Positions 7,355-14,113 of a DNA stretch of 37,977 bases are shown here, piece after piece (the stretch's first letter is position 1; each line of letters starts with the position of its first letter). This stretch comes from a virus. The notes below the pieces were generated by a model. It had not been told where the DNA came from. It saw nothing but the letters and a program-made list of their open reading frames with translations, and ran no database searches. The stretch lies in IMG/VR virus record IMGVR_UViG_3300011688_000001, positions 1-37,977 of that record; one strand, written 5' to 3'. The translations under genes and the position numbers were made by a program.

Positions 7355-8113
7355 ATGGCAGAGAAAAAAGTTTTAGGGATCTTGTCGATTGTATTCGGTG
7401 GCGTTGGTTTAGCCTTTTCATGGATGCCGTTCATCAACAACATGGCATTTGTCTTGGGTGTCGTCGGTGTCGTTTTGGGAGTAATTGCGATTATAACAAA
7501 TCGCAAATCAAAGAAAACTCTAGCATTAATCGGAACCGTTATCAGCGTCTTGTCAGTGGTTTTCGTTCTTGCAATCCAGAGCTCATACAGCAAACAATTG
7601 GATGATGCCTTTGGAAATAGCTCATCTTCACATTCTGAAAAGACTAAGTCTGAAAAAGCAACTAATAAAACTTCTGAGAATTCAAATGATCCATCAAAGG
7701 ATAAATGGACATTTAAAAATGATGTATTCTCAGCAGGTATTATGACGTACAAGTTGAATAAATCAGAAGTATTAGATTCTATTGAAGACGGGAAAAAAGT
7801 CTTAGTTATATATGCAGATGTTACAAACAACACTGACGAAGAACAAGAACCATCAAACATTTATATGGTAATGCATGCGTTCCAAAAGACGGACACAGCA
7901 AACAAAGACTTAAACCCTGGAATGGTTAAATTGAATGACGATGGCAATAGCCCTATCCAGCAACAACAAGATGCATTAAACGATAAGTTGCTTGGTAAAA
8001 AGACAGCTCCTGTAGTAATGATATTTACACTTGAAAATGATAATCCTGTTACCGTTAAATTCGATAACGCCAACTTTAAGACTATCGGTGAAAAGCAATA
8101 TAACGTTAAGTAG
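7355..8113 (+). CDS. Multi-TM membrane protein with DUF4352/DUF5067-like extracellular domain
   Basis: N-terminal hydrophobic helices, a Ser/Lys-rich linker and a beta-rich C-terminal domain (VLVIYADVTNNTDEEQEP...). SD GAGGAG upstream. Confidence 0.55.
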   Translation: MAEKKVLGILSIVFGGVGLAFSWMPFINNMAFVLGVVGVVLGVIAIITNRKSKKTLALIGTVISVLSVVFVLAIQSSYSKQLDDAFGNSSSSHSEKTKSEKATNKTSENSNDPSKDKWTFKNDVFSAGIMTYKLNKSEVLDSIEDGKKVLVIYADVTNNTDEEQEPSNIYMVMHAFQKTDTANKDLNPGMVKLNDDGNSPIQQQQDALNDKLLGKKTAPVVMIFTLENDNPVTVKFDNANFKTIGEKQYNVK

Positions 8114-8136
8114 TTCATGCCCTATCGGGCGTACAT

Positions 8137-8168
8137 ACGTGCTGAGCATCACGTTAAAAGGCTTAAAG
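8137..8168 (+). repeat. Vestigial third copy of the hairpin leader (ACGTG-N8-CACGT, SD lost)
   Basis: Aligns with copies A and B. The hairpin is kept through a compensatory T:A to C:G change, and no ORF follows. Confidence 0.55.
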
Positions 8169-8229
8169 AAAAACAAAAAACACACCCCGTCTCGCCAAAG
8201 TTCAGGGTGTGCTGGATCACTAAACGCAC

Positions 8230-8271
8230 GGGGCGTTCTGTATAATTATAACAGATATCCGCCCCTTTTTT
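8230..8271 (+). terminator. Intrinsic terminator immediately upstream of the int RBS (GGGGCG...CGCCCC + T6), with TATAAT in its loop
   Basis: 6-bp GC stem, inner CTGT/ACAG stem and a T6 tract, all read directly from the sequence. Confidence 0.65.
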
Positions 8272-8286
8272 AAGGAGGCTTTTTTT

Positions 8287-9354
8287 ATGGCATCGATTTA
8301 CAAACGTGGTAAGACGTGGACAGCTAATGTTTTTATCACAATAGACGGAACCAGAAAAAGAAAAACTAAATCCGGTTTTACAACAAAGGCCGAAGCTAAC
8401 AAATGGGCTGTTGATGTTGAACACAAAAAAATCAACGATATTTTAGTTAAAAAAGACGGCCCAATTACTGAAATGTTCTATGAGTGGTATCAAGTATTTA
8501 AAGAACCACACCTTGAGACAAGAAGTAAAACTTGGTATATCACCACGCTGACAGTGATGAAAAAATATTGGGACGGTAGGAAACTATCAGAACTCACCTC
8601 TTCTGATTTTCAGAAGTTGATCAATGACTATGGTAAGGATCACGTTCAATCATCCGTTTCGCATGTTAAGAATATGATTGGTGCTTTCGTCAAATATGCC
8701 GTTGATGAAGATTACATTTTTAAAGACTTTACTCGTAACGTCAAAACGTATTCGGCCAAAGACAGTAAGGATAAAAATTTAAAATTCCTAGAAGCTCACG
8801 AAATTGAATATCTCATCCACTCTCTTGAAGATAATCCAGCTACAACAAGTAAAATGATCTTAACGGCAGCATATTCAGGTGCCAGATATTCTGAAGTTGC
8901 CGGACTAACAAAAGATGATTTTAACTTTCAGAATAATACAATTTCTATTAATAAAGCTTGGCAAGCAGATGATCGTGCTTTCAAAGTTACCAAAACTAAA
9001 TCCTCTAATCGTGTAATTGATATGCCAAGTGAGTTCATGGAAATTGCCAAGAATTGGGAATTTGGAAAGACGTATGCTTTTGAGGGAGAAAACGGTTACC
9101 CACCTACTAATGCTGCTGCTAATAATCAGATTGCTAGATACCTTAAGTACAAGGATTATAAAGTGATCACATTCCATGGATTGAGACACACTCATGCTAG
9201 TTTGCTGTTGGCCAATGACGTGTCTATACAATATGTCAGTGAGAGACTGGGACACTCCGATGTGAATATCACGTTAAGTGTGTATGCTCATTTACTAGAT
9301 AAAAAGCGCCATATCGAGACACAAAAAGCACTTAAAATCCTAAATAATTTGTAG
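8287..9354 (+). CDS. int: Tyrosine site-specific integrase
   Basis: SD AAGGAGG upstream. C-terminal catalytic motifs HGLRHTHASLL and LGHSDVNITLSVYAHLL. Confidence 0.92.
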   Translation: MASIYKRGKTWTANVFITIDGTRKRKTKSGFTTKAEANKWAVDVEHKKINDILVKKDGPITEMFYEWYQVFKEPHLETRSKTWYITTLTVMKKYWDGRKLSELTSSDFQKLINDYGKDHVQSSVSHVKNMIGAFVKYAVDEDYIFKDFTRNVKTYSAKDSKDKNLKFLEAHEIEYLIHSLEDNPATTSKMILTAAYSGARYSEVAGLTKDDFNFQNNTISINKAWQADDRAFKVTKTKSSNRVIDMPSEFMEIAKNWEFGKTYAFEGENGYPPTNAAANNQIARYLKYKDYKVITFHGLRHTHASLLLANDVSIQYVSERLGHSDVNITLSVYAHLLDKKRHIETQKALKILNNL

Positions 9355-9370
9355 CACTATTGTAGCACTA
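9349..9370. repeat. Tandem pair of 11-bp TTGTAGCACTA repeats (putative integrase arm-type sites, left)
   Basis: Exact tandem copies. The first overlaps the int stop codon. Confidence 0.7.
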
Positions 9371-9626
9371 ACACCTAAAAACATAGGTAACTCTCAATAA
9401 CTCACACTAACTGTAAACAACTCACAAACCTAGTCATACCAACGCTTTGACACACAAAAGCCGTCCTACCAGTATTACTGATAAAACGGCTAAAAAGGAG
9501 ATAGCGGGATACTAAGATCACTGGTACCAATGGGTTTGATGCCTGTTGTAGCACTTTTGTAGCACTAATTTTAAATAGTATAAAAGTTCTATTTTTTCCT
9601 ATTTCTTCCTATTATATAGGCAGATT
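9355..9626. other. attP region (non-coding, between int and the converging cargo operon)
   Basis: 272 nt without an ORF, directly downstream of int. Flanking arm-type repeat pairs and additional short repeats (AACTCACA x2, TTCCTATT x2). Confidence 0.6.
9546..9567. repeat. Tandem pair TTGTAGCACTT TTGTAGCACTA (putative integrase arm-type sites, right)
   Basis: Same 11-mer in the same orientation as 9349-9370, 175 bp away. Confidence 0.7.
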
Positions 9627-9878
9627 TTAGAAGCCATCTAACACGACAGTTAGTTTGGTTTCTTTTTTTATTCTGGCTACCAATTCATCAAGCTGATCGC
9701 TGGTCATTTCGTTGAACCGTGCAATCTGTCGTGACTTGGTTGCATACCCAATTCTGTACCACTCAAAAAACATATTCACGGTATGCTTGTATACTTCATT
9801 GACAATGCGTACTTCATAAATCGTATTTGGATTTTTCAAGAATAACGAATTAATGGTTTCAATAACTTCGTCTGTCAT
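9627..9878 (-). CDS. Hypothetical protein, third gene of the polymerase operon
   Basis: 83 aa. SD GAAGGAAG upstream. Overlaps the YolD-like gene end. Confidence 0.5.
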   Translation of the reverse strand: MTDEVIETINSLFLKNPNTIYEVRIVNEVYKHTVNMFFEWYRIGYATKSRQIARFNEMTSDQLDELVARIKKETKLTVVLDGF

Positions 9879-10245
9879 CTACTGATACTTCCTTCACTGC
9901 TCTAATATTTTCAAATAATATATGTTCCTTATCTATGACTACACCACGGTCGGAAAAACCGTCTATATTACCAACAATGTTTTTAAACAACTTACCTGTT
10001 TCATCCTGCACATCTTGTTGGATTACTACCTCATGATATTCAAGTAAGGTGTGCATCAACGTTTGTCTAATGTCTTCAACAGTCATTCTAGGCAACCGCT
10101 CGGTTTGTTGGTGCCGTTCATGTGCTTCACTTTTTAATGACGATGTATGGTCTGATAGAAAATAGCCGTTCCACTTAACCTTGCCACGCTCTCGATAATC
10201 ATTCTTGAAATAGCTAGTCACTAGCCTGCCGAAGTCATCAGTCAT
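9859..10245 (-). CDS. YolD-like protein
   Basis: Motif DYRERGKVKWNGYFLSDHTS is typical of the YolD family. Overlaps the polymerase stop by 8 nt. SD GGGGGA before the ATG at 10245. Confidence 0.65.
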   Translation of the reverse strand: MTDDFGRLVTSYFKNDYRERGKVKWNGYFLSDHTSSLKSEAHERHQQTERLPRMTVEDIRQTLMHTLLEYHEVVIQQDVQDETGKLFKNIVGNIDGFSDRGVVIDKEHILFENIRAVKEVSVDDRRSY

Positions 10246-11551
10246 AACTATTTCCCCCATTATGGCCACCGACTAATGATGCACGGTTAATTGCTGTTCC
10301 GCCAGTATCTTTCGACATGGCCCGCATAACTGCGGTTGTACCAAACCGCTTTCTAAGCTCGTCCACTACCTTATCAATTTTGTTGGTTTTGATCTGAGTT
10401 TCTGGTTGTGCGAATAGATCAAGTTGAATGCCTACATCATCAATCAGCCCACCGTAGTCAATACCGATGTTCCGGATAACTTCACCCTGCCAATACTTCT
10501 CAAATAGCTCAATCATTATCTTCATAAGCGTTCGTGTATCGTTGGTTGGACTAATTCGCATCTGCTTTCTAAAGCCATGACTACCACGCTGCTCACTTTC
10601 AGCAAAAGAGTAACCGATTGATAAACTCACAAGGCTTGTCTGTTTTTTGTGGTATCTAATTCTTGATGCCACTTGATCAGCCATTTCACGAATAACAATT
10701 TCAATCTCTTCACGCTTACGATAATCACGTGGCAACACTTGTGAATTACTATACGACTTACTCTTTGGCACAACCTTTTCGGTTAAGTCTGAACGATCAA
10801 TGCCCCAAGATAAGGCATACAGCTGTTCACCCATTAACCCCATTTTTGATCTAAAAACGTAAGGGTCTTGATGTGCTAAGTCATACATCGAATAGATACC
10901 CATATCATTTAATTTCTTTGCCGTCCGTCTGCCGATGCTCCATATATCAGTGAGTTCAGTTATTGGCCATAATTTCTCAGGTACGTCTTCATAGTGCCAT
11001 GTGGCCATTAAGTTATGCACTTTCTTAGCTTCAATATCCAGCGCGATTTTAGCTAATACTGGTGAGTCGCCTATGCCTACCGATAGATAAATACCAGTTT
11101 CGTTTCTCACACGTTTCTGTATTTTTCGAGCTAAGGCTTGTGGTGAGTCACCAAAGAACTCCCACGTATCGGTGACATCAAGAATTGACTCATCTATTGA
11201 ATAAGGCAGTACCTTGTCTTCGGTAGTATACTCCCGATAGATGCTGTTTATTTTCAGGTTTTCTTTGATATATAAGTTCATTCGTGGTGGTGCGATGATT
11301 AGGCTTTTGTCTTGTGGCACATCACGTTGTCGCATAACATTGCTCACGCCTAGTTTCTTCTTAGCCATTGGGGACGCAGCAAGTACCAGCCCACCGTTAG
11401 TATTTTCCTGTTCAGACATCACAACCAGTATTGACTTCAAGGGATTAAGACCCCGCTCTACACTTTCCACGCTTGCATAGAAACTCTTTGAGTCAATCAA
11501 AAAGAACACTCGGCGTTTCTCTAAATTGTAGTCATATTCAGTCTTTCCCAT
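10238..11551 (-). CDS. Y-family (UmuC/UvrX/ImpB-like) translesion DNA polymerase
   Basis: N-terminal FFLIDSKSFYASVE signature and length of about 437 aa. SD GAGG before the ATG at 11551; the track start at 11611 lies inside the promoter. Confidence 0.85.
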   Translation of the reverse strand: MGKTEYDYNLEKRRVFFLIDSKSFYASVESVERGLNPLKSILVVMSEQENTNGGLVLAASPMAKKKLGVSNVMRQRDVPQDKSLIIAPPRMNLYIKENLKINSIYREYTTEDKVLPYSIDESILDVTDTWEFFGDSPQALARKIQKRVRNETGIYLSVGIGDSPVLAKIALDIEAKKVHNLMATWHYEDVPEKLWPITELTDIWSIGRRTAKKLNDMGIYSMYDLAHQDPYVFRSKMGLMGEQLYALSWGIDRSDLTEKVVPKSKSYSNSQVLPRDYRKREEIEIVIREMADQVASRIRYHKKQTSLVSLSIGYSFAESEQRGSHGFRKQMRISPTNDTRTLMKIMIELFEKYWQGEVIRNIGIDYGGLIDDVGIQLDLFAQPETQIKTNKIDKVVDELRKRFGTTAVMRAMSKDTGGTAINRASLVGGHNGGNSYD

Positions 11552-11582
11552 GTCATCGCCTCGAACAGTTATTGTACAATTC

Positions 11583-11611
11583 ATTATACGAACAAACGTT
11601 CTTATGTGCAA
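11583..11611 (-). promoter_or_regulatory. Promoter TTGCAC-17-TATAAT with a LexA/Cheo-type SOS box GAAC-GTTT-GTTC (11590-11601) in the spacer
   Basis: Read directly from the sequence: minus strand TTGCACataaGAACGTTTGTTCgTATAAT. Confidence 0.7.
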
Positions 11612-11630
11612 GTTTCTAATTGGTTACAAA

Positions 11631-11667
11631 CAAAAAACCACCCAACCAGAAATAATCCAGTCGGGCG
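11631..11667 (-). terminator. Intrinsic terminator after csbD (CGCCCGAC...GUUGGGUG + U6)
   Basis: 8-bp stem whose two non-Watson-Crick positions are G.U only on the minus-strand RNA, followed by GUUUUUUG. Homologous to the terminator at 11959-11997. Confidence 0.65.
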
Positions 11668-11683
11668 TTTTTATTTAAACTTT

Positions 11684-11878
11684 TTACTTTTCACCATCGT
11701 TCTTCATGCCTTCAACAGTATCTTTGACATCTGTGATAGCATCCTTTACTTTTCCAAGTACACCTTGGGCCTTACCTTCTGCCTCACGTGTCTTGTCCCC
11801 GGTAACTTTGCCTTCTACTTCTTTTGCCTTACCAGCAACTTGGTCTTTGGCGCTATCAAACTTTTCTTCGACTGACAT
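11684..11878 (-). CDS. csbD: CsbD-family general stress protein
   Basis: 64 aa. Repeated KxxGKxKE pattern: DQVAGKAKEVEGKVTGDKTREAEGKAQGVLGKVKD. SD AAGGAG upstream. Confidence 0.8.
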   Translation of the reverse strand: MSVEEKFDSAKDQVAGKAKEVEGKVTGDKTREAEGKAQGVLGKVKDAITDVKDTVEGMKNDGEK

Positions 11879-11958
11879 AATAATGATCTCCTTAGATTTT
11901 TATTTGATGTTACAAGCTTATGATACCACTGTTTGTTAAATAACGCCGAGTATATGCA

Positions 11959-11997
11959 CAAAAAACACCCAACCAGATAATCCAGTTGGGTGTTTTA
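11959..11997. terminator. Bidirectional intrinsic terminator after the endolysin gene (CACCCAAC-N11-GTTGGGTG flanked by A6 / T4)
   Basis: Perfect 8-bp stem read directly from the sequence. Confidence 0.75.
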
Positions 11998-12007
11998 ATC
12001 TATTCAG

Positions 12008-12949
12008 TTATAACTTAAGGAAAGAATCTGCATTAAACCAATTCATACCATATTGTCCAAACTTGATACCAACGGCATTGCTTGCATTGTCATAATCAAC
12101 AATCGTACCATTGTTGTAGTTTACGTTAAAAATAACTAAGTCACCAATTTGTGTTGCAGCTTGGTTACCTCGTGTGACGTTATCAACAATATCCAAAGGA
12201 ATACCGTTGTTAGTCCATGAGAAATCACGTCCGCCGGCTAGATCATAATTGATCATTTGCCAGATACCGTTTACTTCCTTAATCTCATCGACACGGAATA
12301 CGCGTGTTGCTGTAAACGCGTTACCAGCGTTTTTAAATGCTTGAATTGCCGATGTATTAGACACGGGCTGCGGTCGAGGCGCGATGACTAGTGTCACTGT
12401 GGTATCATCACCAACGCCATTAACCAAGTCACGATTAAACTTGTCACGTGATACACCCCATTTTGCTAAGAATGGGATTGGGTCAACGTGATCAGAACCA
12501 TGACCAGTAGCCGAAGCGTAATTGTGTGACTTAATTCCAACCGTATTGAGGTTGTCAATTGTATACGTGATACCGGCTTTCTTGGCTAGATAACGTGCTA
12601 ACCAGATATAAGCTGGGTACGCCTTGTTAAAGTCTGCCTGTGATTTGATACCCTCGGAAAATTCAATAGCTGCATAGGTCTGCCAATTCCAATCGCCACC
12701 AACGTCCCACGCACCACTATTATCATTCATAACATGACGAATATCTACCTGACCGTTCGTGATACCAACTAAATAGTTATAGTTAGCTGCATTATAATGC
12801 CCTGCTAAATAATCACGTTCATTTTGCACACTAGCAGTTGGGTTACCGGTCGAGTGCATGTGAATTTGATGAAATCCGGGCTGTAAAGCGCTGACGTTAT
12901 AGACATATCCGTTTGGCACGACAATATCTTCTTTAATTGTATAGCCCAT
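12008..12949 (-). CDS. Endolysin: N-acetylmuramoyl-L-alanine amidase (Amidase_2-like) with C-terminal cell-wall-binding domain
   Basis: Position after the holin. N-terminal HMHSTGNP...ERDYL amidase-like region. C-terminal SH3-like region. Confidence 0.75.
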   Translation of the reverse strand: MGYTIKEDIVVPNGYVYNVSALQPGFHQIHMHSTGNPTASVQNERDYLAGHYNAANYNYLVGITNGQVDIRHVMNDNSGAWDVGGDWNWQTYAAIEFSEGIKSQADFNKAYPAYIWLARYLAKKAGITYTIDNLNTVGIKSHNYASATGHGSDHVDPIPFLAKWGVSRDKFNRDLVNGVGDDTTVTLVIAPRPQPVSNTSAIQAFKNAGNAFTATRVFRVDEIKEVNGIWQMINYDLAGGRDFSWTNNGIPLDIVDNVTRGNQAATQIGDLVIFNVNYNNGTIVDYDNASNAVGIKFGQYGMNWFNADSFLKL

Positions 12950-12960
12950 GTGATACCTCC

Positions 12961-13383
12961 TTATTGTGCTTCTGTTGGTGCAGCTGCTTTGTTATCGGTA
13001 GCCGTTACTACTTTTTCTGCTTCTGCCAGTTCTTCCGCTGACACAACCGGCTTAACGGTAGCTAGTGAACCATCTGCCTTATTACTTGCATAAGCCTGCT
13101 TGATATAAGCTAGGATTTGTGCTTGCGTAAACTTATCACCTAGCCCATTTTCGTCTAAGCGGGCTTTTACATCATAGGCAGCCGATTCCTGTTGCACCTT
13201 GCCGTCACCAAGCAACGCTTGTGCTGACAATACCGCTTGGCTTGCAAAGGTTAAGATGGTTTTGATGTGTTCGTTTTTTTGAACAGATGCTTGTTTCTTC
13301 AAAAACTTTGCACCACCATAACCAAAACCACCTGCAAAAAATACAAATACAAGCGTCTGGATAACTTTTAATGCTTCATTCAT
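12961..13383 (-). CDS. Holin (LL-H-family-like)
   Basis: Single N-terminal TM helix (VIQTLVFVFFAGGFGYGGA) plus a long hydrophilic tail. Directly upstream of the endolysin gene. SD AGGAGG. Confidence 0.65.
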   Translation of the reverse strand: MNEALKVIQTLVFVFFAGGFGYGGAKFLKKQASVQKNEHIKTILTFASQAVLSAQALLGDGKVQQESAAYDVKARLDENGLGDKFTQAQILAYIKQAYASNKADGSLATVKPVVSAEELAEAEKVVTATDNKAAAPTEAQ

Positions 13384-13400
13384 GAATAATTTCCTCCTAT

Positions 13401-13429
13401 ATAAAAAAGCTAGGCATTACGCTTAGCTT
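13401..13429 (-). terminator. Terminator-like hairpin between the XhlA-like gene and the holin RBS
   Basis: AAGCUAAGC-GUAAU-GCCUAGCUU (one A.C mismatch) followed by UUUUAUAU, then the SD. Confidence 0.45.
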
Positions 13430-13435
13430 CGTGTT

Positions 13436-13702
13436 CTACTTATCGTTTTTATTGAACAACGTGTGGATCTGTTCACCGTGAGTAGCCAAAGTAACATCAT
13501 GTTGGCTTAGATGTTTACTAATCTCGTCAATTTCAGTCTGACTTTTCGACAGCGCCGTGTTTAATGTTCCAAAGTTTCCGTTTAATTCACTGATTTGCGC
13601 GCTCAACGGATTAACTATCCAAACCTTTACAACCGCCGTCAAAACAGTAACTACTGCACTACCCACAGTTATCCACCCTAAAACGTCATGTGGAAATTCC
13701 AT
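13436..13702 (-). CDS. XhlA-like membrane/coiled-coil protein (lysis-associated)
   Basis: SD GGAGG before the ATG at 13702. N-terminal TM helix plus a coiled coil. Position upstream of the holin, as in PBSX xhlA. Confidence 0.45.
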   Translation of the reverse strand: MEFPHDVLGWITVGSAVVTVLTAVVKVWIVNPLSAQISELNGNFGTLNTALSKSQTEIDEISKHLSQHDVTLATHGEQIHTLFNKNDK

Positions 13703-13703
13703 A

Positions 13704-13940
13704 TTATACCTCCGTTGTTTTCGCCGGAGCATCTGCGATAAGCGCTTGAATTTTCTTCTTAGCTGCTGCCTTAATGTCATCTTCTGTTGATGTCATGCTA
13801 ACACCATCTTCTGGTGTCACCTGCAAATTACCATTCAAACTATTTGGGAACGTGCCTGCGTTAAATGAAACTGACGCGTACTTCAATGTCAACTTACCGT
13901 CAACGAAACTAAATTGTAAATCTCCAACTGTCATATTCAT
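13704..13940 (-). CDS. Hypothetical protein
   Basis: 78-aa ORF between the tail and lysis modules. Confidence 0.45.
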   Translation of the reverse strand: MNMTVGDLQFSFVDGKLTLKYASVSFNAGTFPNSLNGNLQVTPEDGVSMTSTEDDIKAAAKKKIQALIADAPAKTTEV

Positions 13941-13942
13941 GA

Positions 13943-14089
13943 TTATTTCTCCTCTGCCTTTTCGGCTTGTTCTACTTGTGCTTTTTGTTGGTATTGTTCA
14001 ATAACGCTTTCTAATTGCGCTTTATCAAAAGTAAGTTGTGCGTTCTGTTGCAATAACTTGTTAATGATCACATCTTTATTTGGTTGCAT
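13943..14089 (-). CDS. Small hypothetical coiled-coil protein (48 aa; not in track)
   Basis: ATG at 14089, in register between neighbours (MQPNKDVIINKLLQQN...). Confidence 0.35.
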   Translation of the reverse strand: MQPNKDVIINKLLQQNAQLTFDKAQLESVIEQYQQKAQVEQAEKAEEK

Positions 14090-14113
14090 AATTTTTCCCT
14101 TTTTTTATTAATA

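Noticed and set aside
8149-8424. 91-aa minus-strand ORF overlapping the int start.
   Set aside because: It is antisense to the int 5' end and the upstream terminator. It has no SD and an implausible Cys/Phe-rich composition.
9349-9567. Repeated TTGTAGCACTA units considered as a mini CRISPR-like array.
   Set aside because: The repeats are only 11 bp. They are arranged as two adjacent pairs without spacer-sized intervals and sit next to int, so they fit integrase arm sites.
11606-11939. Plus-strand ORFs 11606-11875 and 11706-11939.
   Set aside because: They are antisense shadows of the csbD-like gene and its flanking terminators and promoter. They have no SD.
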